In this document: one piece after another, positions 1 through 12,500 of the stretch
Position numbering within the stretch: the first letter of the stretch is position 1
How the letters are laid out: each line of letters starts with the position of its first letter
NCBI GenBank assembly: GCA_973895155.1
Contig: OZ316891.1
Location: 32,189,208-32,253,207, forward strand
Direction: 5' to 3'
Length of the DNA stretch: 64,000 nt
From: Marsupella aquatica
Taxonomy: Eukaryota > Plantae > Marchantiophyta
The notes under the pieces: model-generated
What the model saw: only the letters and a program-made list of their open reading frames with translations
Database searches by the model: none
Told to the model about the DNA's origin: nothing
Made by a program: the position numbers and the translations under genes

Positions 1-3000
1 TCCACTGTCTGGGAGATTGCTTCAATCCATACAAGGACTTGAGCAATCTGCAAACTAACTTCTCTTGGCCCTTCTTCATAAACCCTAGTGGCTGTCTCAT
101 GAAGATCAACTCTTCCAAATTGCCATAAAGAAAAGTAGTAACAACATCCATATAATCCATCACCAGACCAAAAAACACAACAAATTGACACAAGATCCAA
201 ATTGTGGAATACTTAGCCATGGGTGAAAAGACCTCATTGTAATCTACTCCTTTCTCCTGAGTGAATCCCTTGGCAACAAGCCTTGCCTTGTAGATCTTAT
301 CTCCATCCTCTAAAGGACTGTCCTTCAACTTGTAAATCCACTTGCTGTCCATCACTTGCTGACCTCTTGGAAGCTCCATCAACTCCCATGTCTTGTTGTC
401 ACTCAAAGATTGCAACTCCCTCTACATTGTTGCATTCCACTCATGCTTCTGCTCTGAAGCAAAAGCCTCATTGTACGAAGAAGGCTCTCCTTCTTCCAAG
501 ATCAAAGCCATATCATCTTCATCAGGTGCAATGTCAATATCATCTAGCTTAGATGAGTCTGCCCATTGACCATACCTAGTAGGACCTCTAGTAGAACAAC
601 TGGAAGTTCTTCTAGTAGATGATTTAGGCTGATCTGCTGCTGCTGCTGCTGGCTGAATTTGAGGCACCCCAGCAACAATCTGCTCCTCTTGTTCCATCAC
701 AGGAACTAGCTCCAAGCCCGGAGCTTCTCCATCTCTCCTGTCATGAATAGCATCATGACTAATCTCCCCCTCAACCCGGTCCGGGATGGGAGATTTCCCC
801 TTGTCAATATGGGAGTCCTGAGAACTCTCCCCCTCCTTTGATGATCTGAATTCATTAAAGGACACATCTCTACTGACAATTAGTTTATAGGTTACTGGAT
901 CCCATAACCTATAACCCTTCACACCTTTTTGATAACCAAGAAAAATGCACTTCTTTGACTTGGACTCCAGCTTGGATCAAAGCTGGGAAGGTGTAAGCAC
1001 ATAAGCATCACATCCAAAAATCCTCAGATGTGAATAATCTGGTAGACGCCCGTACCTCATTTCAAATGGCGTCTTGAATCCAATAGAACTGGATGGAGAA
1101 AAATTTACCAAAAAAGCTGTAGTGTTGACAATTTCAGCCCAAAACTCATGTGGTAAGCATGATTGACTCAACATACTCATCAAGCGGTCCAATAGTGTTT
1201 GGTTGAGTCTCTCAAAAACACCATTCTACTGAGGAGTATAACTCGTTGTGAGATGGCGGATAATCCCCTGCTCCTTACAATACGTTCTAAATTCCCCAAA
1301 ATTGTATTCACCTTCGTTATTCGATCGAAGATATCTCACCTTGTTACCACTCCAATTCTCAACTTGGGCTTTCCACTCCTTAAAAGTGGCAAAAACATCA
1401 AATTTATTGTGTAGAAAGTATATCCACATATACCTTAAATAATCGTCTATGAACGTGATATAGTATAACCGTCCAGAATGTGAGGGAGTAGGGGCTGGAC
1501 CCCACACATCACTATGTACATACTCAAGTACCTCCTTGCTGGTGTGAGTTCCAACTCCAAAGGGTTTCTTGTGCTACTTCCCAAGCACACAGTGCTCACA
1601 AAATTTTAACTTACAAGATTGCAAATTAGAAAGTAATCCTTTCTTCTGAAGAATAACCAAACCTTTTTCACTCATGTGGCCCAAACAGAAGTGCCACAAC
1701 CGGGCCGTCTCCTCATGAGATAAGGTTACATTGGCTTCATCACAGACTACAATGCCCTCCAAAACGTATAGATTGTTATGTCTTTTTCCCTTCAATACAA
1801 CTTTAGTACCAGTTGAAACATGAAAGACACCATTAGCAGAACTCCATTGATGGCCATTTGCTTCTAAAACTCCAAGTGAAATGAGATTTTTTATCATGCT
1901 GGGAATATGTCTCGAATTCCTCAACGTTCTCATAGCACCATCAAACATTTAAAATCTTACAGATCCAAGTCAAACATTGACATGGGATTCCATTTCCCAT
2001 CAACACTGACCAGTTGGAAACCGTGTAAGAACTGAATAAATCTCTCCTAGAGCAAATGTGAAAAATACATGCACTATCTAGAATCCAGTCATCATTACCT
2101 GGATTTGACACTACGTTGAGAGCATAACCTTGGCATCACAATATGTCATCATCATCGAGTAAATCTACCTCATGCGAGCTCGATGCCGCATTAGCTGATG
2201 CCGTAGGGTCCTTTACTCGACAATCCCTTTTCATATGGCCAGGCTTGCCACATTTCCAACATGCAAGAGGCTTCCTCTCTTGAAATTTTTCTCTGGATTT
2301 AGATCTCCCCCGTGATGTAGATCTAAACCTGTTCTGCCCATTTGTGCACTGCGCTGGTCTTCCACGGTTCACGTTCAACGCAGTGCCAGAAGAAGATGTT
2401 GTCTGTGATTGACCCAGCTTCTTTTGAGCATCATCAGACAGGGGGTAGCGAGGATCATCAGTTATCAGTCATTGATAACTGATATCAGCGGTTGATGTCA
2501 GTTATCAGTTTTTCCGCTGAAATGTTTTTGAATCTCAGTTGAGCAGCTGAGATAACAACTTTGCACTTCCACGCATCTTAGCTAGGCAGCTGAGATTGAC
2601 TCAATCTCAGCTAACCTCACCGAGATCGACGTGCGGAAAAAAAATGGAAAAAAAAATTCTTTTTATTATTTTCTTGAAAAATTCAAAACAAAATTAAAAC
2701 TTTTAAAACTTTTTTGACAAAATTCTGTGTCCGTATCGTACAGATACCTGGCCATCTTGGCTGACCCCGCCGAGAAGTGATGTCCGTACGGTACGGACAC
2801 CCATAGTGAAAAAAATTTCAAAATTTTTTTTTCTTCATCAAATTTTGAGAAAAAAATGGAATTTTTTTTTGCATTTTTTTTTGACATCGCATTTGGTGGC
2901 CTCTCTGAGATGATGTGGCGATTGATATCAAGTCGACTAATAGAAATGACTGATAACTGATAATGATACTCATCAGACAATAAGGAGCTCACCACCTCAT

Positions 3001-3195
3001 TATACGAAATGGACTTCATATCTCTGTACAAGAGCACCTGTGTCGAACCCTGATATGACGGCAATAAGGAGCTTAGCAGAAGCAAGGTCTTATTTTCATC
3101 TTCAACTCATTTTCTCAGGTATGACGGATCCATCGCTAGACTATCAAATTCATCCAGGTGATCCTGCAGCTTGCTCTCTTCCTTGAGCCTAAACT
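1..3195 (-). mobile_element. Decayed Ty1/copia internal region (gag, protease, integrase, start of RT), cut by the window edge
   Basis: Broken ORFs in copia order: gag 2666-3085 (LLLLSSLLPSY), zinc knuckle CWKCGKPGHMKRDC 2136-2378, GAG-pre-integrase LWHFCLGHMSEKG 1574-1948, integrase YYITFIDDY 1226-1507, GYRLWDP 422-922. Colinear with the copia at 34148-40642. Confidence 0.93.
2439..2969. mobile_element. ~530-bp non-autonomous MITE-like insertion in copia gag
   Basis: Flanked by direct repeat TCATCAGA(CA) at 2431-2440 and 2970-2979. Inverted subterminal ATCAGTTATCAGTCATT (~2457-2473 and ~2945-2961). Removing it restores gag SSLLSDDAQK. Confidence 0.75.
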
Positions 3196-3716
3196 TAGGG
3201 TCCTAAAAGGTAAAATAAGTCTAAGACTCTCTATATCTAATTCCTAAAGGTACACTAAACTATGTCCCTCTATATCCTACTCTATCTAACTCATTGGAAA
3301 GCTCAAGAGGTCAGAAAAGAGATAGAAAACGATTTAAGTAACATATGCCAAAAAACCTTGGAGAATCGGTTTGGGTTATTCTGAAGTTGGTCTTTTGGAA
3401 CCAAACTGAAATTCTCCTTATAGCCCTTGGAAAGAGCTTTCCAACGCACCAAATATCTCCTCAAACCGACATCGGACCAATCCGCAATCGTCCGTCAAAG
3501 TTGCTGCCAAAAGTCCAAACCGATTTTTCAACTTCCAAAGCGATTCTTCAGCCGGTCTTTCTGCAAAGCGATTCTTCTGCTTCCTCCCAAAGCGATTTGT
3601 TTCGGATTTCTTTGAAAGCGATTGTTTGTCTGAAACGATTCTTCCTTCCAAACTCAAACTTCTTAGCTTTCTTCCATAACATTCCTTTGAGGCTTAGAAT
3701 GGATTAAGGGGTGACA
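3196..3716. repeat. Probable LTR fragment of an unrelated element
   Basis: Abruptly replaces copia gag. Ends in the LTR-like terminus GGGGTGACA at 3716. No partner copy in the window. Confidence 0.35.
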
Positions 3717-3789
3717 GATAAACCTAAATAAGCTTCAAGTAAGGTTAAAATGTTTTTAAATGGATCACTTTTCACTCCGTAGTTCCTTT

Positions 3790-4425
3790 TTACCTTTCCA
3801 CAACAATTGTAATGCACCTTCTCTTTCGGTTGGGAGTTACATCGTCTTCTGGAACAGAGCGCTTGCTCCTTTGGTACTCAAATCTCTTCCTGTCTGCATC
3901 CTTCCTCCTCTTCTCAAGAATGGAATCTTCCTGCAATTGGTCATCACAACCACAATTATCGTGCTCACCTTCATTTAGTGGATGAAGGTGGGCTGCATGC
4001 ACTTGAGTGCAAGTAGTTTGGGTGCTCTGCCTTGGCATTCGAATGTGGGCGTTGACCTGTGTTGGAATGCTTGCCCTTAGGGTCCTCCGCCTAGACTCTA
4101 AAATCTCAAAATGGCATGAATGCGCAGCCTCCTTGAGATTTTCACTTTCTTCTCGGGCTGTACGCAACATCACAGCGGCAGCTTCATGAACCTCACTAGT
4201 AATTCTCATTGCCTCTGATTGCCCAGCAGCCAATAACTCTCTTTGCCTTCGGTTGCCATCAATCACTAAATCTTGACATTGCTGCTTAGCAATCTCCATC
4301 ATGAGATTGCACTGTTGTTTTGTTTCATGAATCATTTCATCAGTGGGAACTGCCTGTTGACCACCTATGTGCTGACCGTTTGCTATTTGCTCTTGTCTTT
4401 TCAACTTGGATTTGCGATTTGCCAA
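3790..4425 (-). CDS. Unassigned 211-aa helical/coiled-coil ORF, probably a transposon fragment
   Basis: Open frame rich in Q/E/R/K, with a non-ATG start. Lies between TE junctions; no recognisable domain. Confidence 0.3.
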   Translation of the reverse strand: MANRKSKLKRQEQIANGQHIGGQQAVPTDEMIHETKQQCNLMMEIAKQQCQDLVIDGNRRQRELLAAGQSEAMRITSEVHEAAAVMLRTAREESENLKEAAHSCHFEILESRRRTLRASIPTQVNAHIRMPRQSTQTTCTQVHAAHLHPLNEGEHDNCGCDDQLQEDSILEKRRKDADRKRFEYQRSKRSVPEDDVTPNRKRRCITIVVER

Positions 4426-5287
4426 GTGATGGCTGCTAGTGAGTGATTTGAGTCAATGTTCAACCCTTTGATCCTCTTCAGACCTCCTTCGCACTCTTTC
4501 CCAAAGTTCCCGTCATCATCAGCAATGCTTCAGACCCTAATAAAACTTGCAGCTTCATTGCCCTCCTTTTTGCGCTCATTCCCCTTGCTCATGCTTGGAT
4601 TTGAATGTCATCCACGAAGCTTCAGACGCAAATTAAATCTGCAGCTTGATTGGCTGTTTGGGAGAGCTTCAGGTAAACCCTACCCTCCTTTTTGCATGAG
4701 CTTATTCCCCATGCTTTGAAGGCAACACAAATTAGAACATCTTGAATCTCACATCATCGCACGACTGCTCTTGAATGAATTCTCACAGAGGCATCCATCT
4801 TGTGCTTCACGAGGCTAAGTATGGACCCTTGCGCTCGACTTTGATACTTTCTGAACAAATTGTAGCTCGCGCCTAAGTGAGAAGGACTCTCACTCCTAGA
4901 TTTTGAAAATTCCCTACGAAACTAGTAGCGCCGACGACGTTCTCCCATAGAACTAATTGTCCAACTATAAATTACATGTCGGGACAAAAAATGAGTTTCC
5001 CCAAAGGACTTTGACTCCTTGTTTTTGAAAAGTCCTCCATGCAAAACTAATAGCGCCAGCACTCTCCTAGAGAACCAATTGTCCTTCACTCATAAATTAT
5101 AGTTGCAACAAGAAAGGGGTTACCTCAGGAGCTGAAATACTAATGAATGCATCTTATACGCATTTGATTTGTTTAAGTCCTTTTTGACTTTAGATGTGCT
5201 AATCTTGGCCGTTGACAGTCCTTTGGATTAGTGAAAGGACTGGAGACTTTTTGCCTCCTTTGGTAGTCCTCAATCATGCAATCCACC

Positions 5288-7502
5288 ATTAATGATGAAC
5301 ATTTTCCATGATTACTTGAGAAAGTTCATGGAAATCTTCATTGATGACTTTGCAGTATTCGGGAAGGCATCAACACATGCTAAATACCTAAGGAAGACCT
5401 TCATGAGATGCAGAGAGGTAGGTCTCAAGTTACACCCAGATAAATGTTTCTTTGGAGTAACAGAAGGTGTGCTGCTAGGTCACAAGGTATCAAAGAAGGG
5501 CATTGAGATTGACAAGCGTAAGCTAGCAGTGTGGCTTGATATCATGCAACCTAAGACATAAAGGATGTGAGATCCTTCTCTGGGTGCATTGGGTATTATC
5601 GCCGGTTCATCAAGGATTTTGCCAAGCTAGCTTTACCATTAACCAACATGCTCAAGGCAGGCGCAGACTTTGAACCCACACCAGAAAGAGTAACAGCTGT
5701 GGTGGAATTAAAGCAAAAGTTAGTGGAGGCCCCAGTCATGATAGCACCAGACTGGAACAATGATTTTCATGTCTTTGTAGATGTCTCAGGCTTCTGTATC
5801 GGCTCAGTACTAAGTCGGTTGGATGAGAAAGGAAGGGACCATCCCATATACTTTGCAAGCTGCAAGCTTGCTGATGCCAAACGGAACTACTCCACCACAG
5901 AAAGAGAAGCATTAGGAGTCATTTATTCATGTAAAAAGTTTAGGCATTATTTGCTAGGGTACAAAGTAATCTTTCATACCGATCATGAAAGTTTGAAGTA
6001 CCTAGTAAATAAGCTGGACCTTATAGGCAGGGTAGCAAGATGGATTTTGTTATTACAGGAATTGGACTACAAGCTAAAAATCAAGCCGGGAAAGCTACAC
6101 GCCAATGCCAACTTCTTTTCAAGGATCACAGGAGAACCTGCCACGGATTGCATCGATGATCGATTCCCCGACGAGGAGCTATTCGTTGTGGAAATAGCTG
6201 ATACATGGTACCCTGAGATTTTGCACTTTCTCAGTACGTCCAGATTACAGTCAGGGCTAACCCGAGAACAAGCCGCAGTCTTTCTGCGGAAGGTCAGACA
6301 ATATCAGTACATTCAGGGTGTACTACACAGGTATGGAATCAGCGGCACTATTCAAAGGTGGTTGGAGAAGGGAGAGGTAAAACGGTCTTACTGGCTATGC
6401 ATGGAGAGGAGGCCGGAGGACATTTTGCTCCAGTAACCACGTCTAAAAAGATATTAAATATCGGTTACTGGTGGCCCACCTTACACAAGGATGTCTATTA
6501 GTTTATCAAACAATGCAATCCTTGTCAGCAAGCGGGAGGACCAAGGGCGTCTACAAGACATCCACTGCATCCTATTCTACCTCTGGCACCATTTGAGAAG
6601 TGGGGTATTGATTACATTGGACCCCTAAAACCATTAACTCATCCTCGGAGGAACAAGTACATAATCCTGGCCACGGATTATGCAACTAAGTGGGTGGAGG
6701 CCAGGCTGACAATGAAGGATGATGCAATTACTACGGCTCGATTTATGTATGAGCAGATCTTCACCAGGTATGGAGCACCCCTAGACTTAGTTAGTGATGG
6801 AGGAACCCATTTTCTGAATGATATAATTAGTCGTTTAAATGAGCAGTATTTGGTTAGACATAGGTCTACTACTCCTTACCACCCAAAGGCAAATGGGTTG
6901 ACAGAACGAGCCAATGGGATTATAGGAAAAATATTAAACAAGACTGTAGCTTAGAACAAAATCGATTGGGATGATAAATTGTTTGCTACTGTTTTTGCTT
7001 ACAATTTAGCCTATAAATCCACTACTGGTCGTAAACCCTTTTTCTTAACCTTTGGGCAGGAAGCTCTGGTACCCATGCAACTTGAGATACCTACATTTCA
7101 AGTTACAATTGAGGAAAGAGTCTCAGAGGAGGAAAGCCTGAAAGAGCGAGAATATAGATTAGAAGCTTTAGAAGAGGCAAAAATGATTTCAGCCAAGAGA
7201 GTAGAATATAGACAGAATACCATGAAGCAACAGTATGATAAAAAGTTGAAACCAGTTAGTATTCACCCAGGAGATCTTGTATTACTTTATGATAGTAGAT
7301 ATAGTAGGTTCCCAGGTAAACTTTACACTCGCTGGTTAGGACCCTTCAGGGTAAACATGAAGTTCTCCAAATGAATGGCTCCATGCAATTGGCCAACATT
7401 ACTGGAGAAATATACCCAGTTTGCATTCATTACGACCGCCTCAAGAAATACTATATGGATGAAGTTGTTCATGAGGACGCTTCACAATTAAGTGGGGAGC
7501 TA
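5288..7502 (+). pseudogene. Ty3/gypsy family A pol remnant (RT end, RNase H, integrase)
   Basis: FMEIFIDDF, NYSTTEREALG, TTPYHPKANGLTER, KLYTRWLGPF, broken by stops and frameshifts. Closely similar to pol at 40643-42826. Confidence 0.95.
7487..7502 (+). other. Polypurine tract of gypsy A
   Basis: ATTAAGTGGGGAGCTA immediately precedes the LTR start TGTGATGCC. Same motif at 34068-34083 on the minus strand. Confidence 0.85.
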
Positions 7503-8950
7503 TGTGATGCCTAGCCAGGAATCACTAGGCCAGTTAAATGGTAAAATCAGGAGTGTTCCCTGGAAACACCTTAGTATAGTAATAAAAATATGGAAAATAT
7601 AAACAATTAAGGGTGACTATGGAACCCAAGCCAAGGCCGGAAGTAAGGACGCCGAGGGAGGGAACACGATTAGGGTTAGGGCGCGCTAAGTGTCGACGGC
7701 TAGGGGTCACCAACGGGAAGGAAGACCGGGCAATGAGGGGGGTAAGGACCGACCGCAAGGAATGGTGGCTCATTTGCAAGCACGAACTAAGCAGACGACT
7801 ACGGGAGGCCAACTACTGTCAGTTGCTTAGGCAAGCACTCAGGGTGGAGCAGATACCGGCTAATCAACGCAAGAAGGGTATGAGCAACGTCAATCAAGCT
7901 GCTAATTTTTGGGGATGCCTTTTCGAACGGGCAACTGAGTACATTGGGACCTACAAAGATGAAGATGAAGAGAGAGCAGCTAGAGAACGACAAGAGCTCG
8001 CTTGACTGCAGGAGCTGCAAAAGTCTGCCTTCTTAGGAGGAGAACTCATCAAGGCTGAATTCCTGTGGACACCTACTGGCGACGAGCTAGACGACCTTTT
8101 GTTTTGCAAGGACATAATCATCGGCATCCGCGAAGCCATCAAACGCTACAACGACATACACTGGGAGTTAAAAGGTAGCACGGAGGGGTGGACAAAGGCA
8201 ACCGTGCTAGGAGAAACATCCACGGCAGCCACTATGAAGAGGAAGGGGAACAACAACAAAGAAGCCACCCTTGCAAAAAGAACAAGGTTGGCGGCACCTA
8301 GGAAACCAGCACAGTAGGGAAGCAGGAGGCAGGCGGAAGCCGAAGAGGAGGAGGTCAACCCCATCAATGCCATTCCAACAAGAGATGATACCTGGACAGG
8401 CTGGGCGGCGACCCTCCCCAAGGAAGTGCAATTACACTTTGCACGTGAAGAGGATGCATGCTTTACGGCCATGCAAACTTGGAAATACCAGGGCTTCATG
8501 GCCGGATCCGGCTTGGAAGCCTTTGTAAGGTTGCCGTGGTTGAAGCCGGAGGTGCCGGATTCAGACTTACTAGAATTCGTGGGATCATGGGATCCCGAGA
8601 CCAATTCCACAAGGGTGTATGGGAAGGATTTCTATCTCACTCCTCGGGTGATTGCCAAAGTATTTGGCTTGCCGATGGGCAATAAGACCAAAGTAGATAC
8701 TAGGAAGACCTTGCTAGACAAGGAGTTCTGGTCATTTCCAGGGCCATCAACAAAGAATGGCTTCTTCCGAAACACTTGCACCAACCCGCACATAGGAGAG
8801 ATGATCAATTTCTTGCGGGTGTCCATGCATTGCAACTTGCCAAGGGCAGAGATCGGCAAGGCACAGGTCTATCTGGCGGAGAGGCTAGACCCAAGCCGGG
8901 ACTACAACGGGTACCTCCTCACCCAACTAAAGACAGAGCCATGGAGTACG
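7503..8950 (+). repeat. 3' LTR of gypsy A, first part, with the decayed LTR-borne ORF
   Basis: Starts TGTGATGCCTAG like the family B LTRs. ORF pieces 7613-8005, 8099-8317 and 8426-8950 match the N-terminal part of ORF 30305-33991. Confidence 0.9.
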
Positions 8951-9315
8951 ATCAGCCTATTCATTAAAAGTGTATTATTATTTGATTTATGTACATTTGG
9001 GCAGTGAAAAGTGTACTTTTGGGCTTGGAAAAGTGTACATTTGGCCAATGAAAAGTGTACATTTGGGGATAGAAAAGTTTACAATTGGCCTAAAGAGTGT
9101 ACATTTGGGCAATGAAAAGTGTAAATTTGAACATCAAAATAGATACATTTGGCTTTAAAAGTGTACATTTGAGTACATTTGGCCTAGAAAGTGTACATTT
9201 GAGTGCAAAATGCATACATTTGGCTTAACAAGTGTACATTTAAGTGCATTTGGTCTAGAAAGTGTAACTTTTAGTGCAATAAAGTGTACATTTGGCCTAA
9301 AAAGTGTACATTTGC
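8951..9315. repeat. Left TIR plus subterminal AAAGTGTACATTTG array
   Basis: TIR 8951-8976, then more than ten imperfect copies of a near-palindromic TGTACA-core motif at ~22-bp spacing. Confidence 0.9.
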
Positions 9316-9565
9316 CTACCAACTCTTATTATAATCATTTAAAAGAAAGGAATGAATAGAAAAACATTTTTAATTATGTAGAAAAAGCAAACATTCATAT
9401 TTATAATGATCAAAAGTTTAGAAAATGAGGAGATAGTATCACATTAAAACTATTAGAATAGTAAATAACTAGTACATAAATTACTATGTTTGAATGAGTG
9501 ACTATCTTAGTTACATAAAAACTAGTAACTATCTATTTAATTATTATAGCTTCTAACAACTAAGT

Positions 9566-12500
9566 CTACTTGTCCATCCTTTGAAGATAATTTTGGACAG
9601 TTTGTAGAACATTTCGAGGGATCTTCAAACCTCTGCCTGCCATGTTTTCTTCTTTCATTCCAGATTTAAAACCATACATTGCAGAATTTGCATACTGCCA
9701 ATGTTGAGTATTCTCACCAAACCCTGGATCTCGTTCCCATGTCTTAGTGGACATGAAACAATTTAGATACCGCGCACTCTCAGTCACATCAAGTTTACTA
9801 GAGTGTTTAGGCCTCCACCATTCAACTGGGAACATTGGAGCGTACTGTCGAGGCAGAGAAGGGTTTGTTGAAGATGTAGTTGGGACTTCATGCTTTGGGT
9901 CCACCAAACCCAAAGCTCTCACCAACCAGAAATGACCTCCACCATTTTTATTCTCCCAGTCATCCTCGGGTCGAAGAAATACAAAGTTTCCTTCACAAAT
10001 ATCTTGTAAAGGAATCCATCGTCCTTGTTCTCTCTCAGCTCGAGATCCAACAAATGGTGCTGCCTGATCTTCCATCTCTTCCAAGACCTCATTTTGAAGA
10101 GCCGTCATCGTCTGCATTCTCCTCATCTTCACTTGGAGGACCACTTTGTTCCGGTTGGTTGACCTTGTAACCAGTGCCGTGGTTAGTCTTAGGCCAAAAT
10201 CTGTTTTCCAAGGGAAATTGAGTACTTCCCTCCCCTTCTAGTGCGAGCCCATTTGTCAACAACTCCACAATTCTCTCCCAATATTTCACAAGAGGAAATC
10301 TTTCCTTATATGCTATAGATGTCTCATCAGTGCAACTCCTTCTCAAAAAATCAAGGTACTTGTTAAGAAATGGGATAATCTCTTCAGATTTTTTGTGTAT
10401 CTCTCCAATGGATTTAGCTAAGGGCTCTCCACTTGGTAAAAGAAGAGAATTTGTTGTCAGATCTGTTGCCCAAATGCACCTTCCACCAAGTGGAGCCCAA
10501 GCTTGCTTTACATGGGACTTATACTGAAATATTGGTACATTATCTCTCATAGAGAAAAGAAATGATACAGGTTTTGAGTGACCTTGAATATCTTTCACCT
10601 TGAAAGTTTGAAGATATTCTTTGTAAGATGCAACTTCTTGTATCAATCTGGGAACTGGATGAATGCTCTCGCATTCCCATACCTCTGCCATAAGAGCAAG
10701 GAGGGTTGCAACTTCTTTGTGCTGAACTTGATATGATACCTTTGAAAAGAGTGCATCAACATCTTCATGCGTATGACCAACCATTAGAAAAGACATTTGA
10801 ACAGTTTCAAATACTCCTCTACTCACAAGCTCGCTACAAAATGCCATGACAGTCTGGTTTTTGTTGTCCTTTGCTGAATTATCCATCTGCAATGTTAGGT
10901 GCCTTGGCAAGGGCTTGAACGATGGACTGCCTTGCTCTCCTTGCATGTCTTCTCCATCATCCTCATCTTGCTGGTTTGGGACGGTCTCAGTCCGACTCTC
11001 AGCTCCATCTTCAGAACCAATATACCTATTCACCGGTATATTCTTTGGTTCCAAATAACCCGTCAAAAATGCTTCAAAGTCAAGTAGGGCTTGAAAGAAA
11101 GGTCTGTGAGGTTCCCAATGAAGGCCATCCAACATGTCACCTGTCTTGTCTCCATTGTACTCTTCAAGGTCTCGAAGACACTTAGCCAAGGATGTCACCG
11201 TGAAATCGGCATCTCCTGGCCAAAGGCCAGTGACACTAAAGTGTGCATAAACTCCTGGATCCCTCCCGTGGGTCAACATCCCTGTGAGAGCAATAGGTAG
11301 CGGCATTCCATGACCCGAAAGAGATTTAGGAGTACTAACCATTTTTGGAATCCATGTCTTTGCTTGATCCATCTTGTCGTGAATAATGCAAAGATATTCT
11401 CCTGGGTGTTGTTTGGCCATCACTCGATGAGCGTAGTAAACATATCTACGTGACATTTGCTCACGAAGATGTTGCGCTCGTTTTTCTTCAATTTCAGCAC
11501 GTTCTTTTTTCCTTCTTTCTCGCATCAAACTGTCTTTGTATTCACAACAAAGAGTACACTTGGCAAATGCACCATCTTTATGAAAACTGAAGTTTGCAAA
11601 TGAGTTACTCCAGATCTTGTAGAGAGTATTCTCTGTGACAGGAGGAAGCCCTTCTTCCTTCATCTTTGTTCTCACATCTTCCAGAATCTCTAGCTTTTTG
11701 TAACACGCCGGAAGACGGTACTCAATAGAGTCTGTCCCATGTGCCCCTCCATAAGGCATATGAGGCATGGGCTCTGCATTTCGAGTCAAAAAAGCCTCCA
11801 ACAGAGCTCGTGCATGCAAGGTATTTGCCCTTGTTTTCATCAAGCCCGTATTGCCATGGAACCCAATTTTGCAACCCTCCACATATCTCCTTTTGTAATC
11901 ATAATATTTGGTGTGGCTAAAACCGTGGATAATTGCAAATGCATGTCTGCATACGACCATACCCTTAAGAACATGGTGTCCCTTATCACGAACATCATCC
12001 TCTCTATAGTGAAAGAGGTTGAAAATGTGTGACGTTTTTGACTCGCTTGACATCCCATGAAATTCCATCCTAATATCTTCGATGTTTTCCCTTGGCATAA
12101 TGAGACAACATTTTTGCTTGCAACAATTTTCTCTTTTCACGTCATCAATTGACGCCTCTGTTGTTTTTGAAATTGCCTTGGTTTCCAACAACCTCCTCTT
12201 CTTTTCATTTGGATCTACTTGATTCCTCTTGTTAAAATTGTAGGGCCTTGAACGCAGTACTCCTCTATCACTTACATCCGCATTGAGTTCATCCCTATCC
12301 ATTGAGTCCATCCTTTCAGAACCTTCCACCAAAATATCTGACAAAAATTTTCCATTTGCAACTAGTTTTGTTGAATCAATCCGCCATCGAATCAAACTCA
12401 CTACTCCCTTGTGGATGTTGGGAAAGTATTGTGCTGCCACGACATCTTTCACAGCAATCCCAACATGGTCATCACCAAGAATTTCATCATCAACTGCCGC

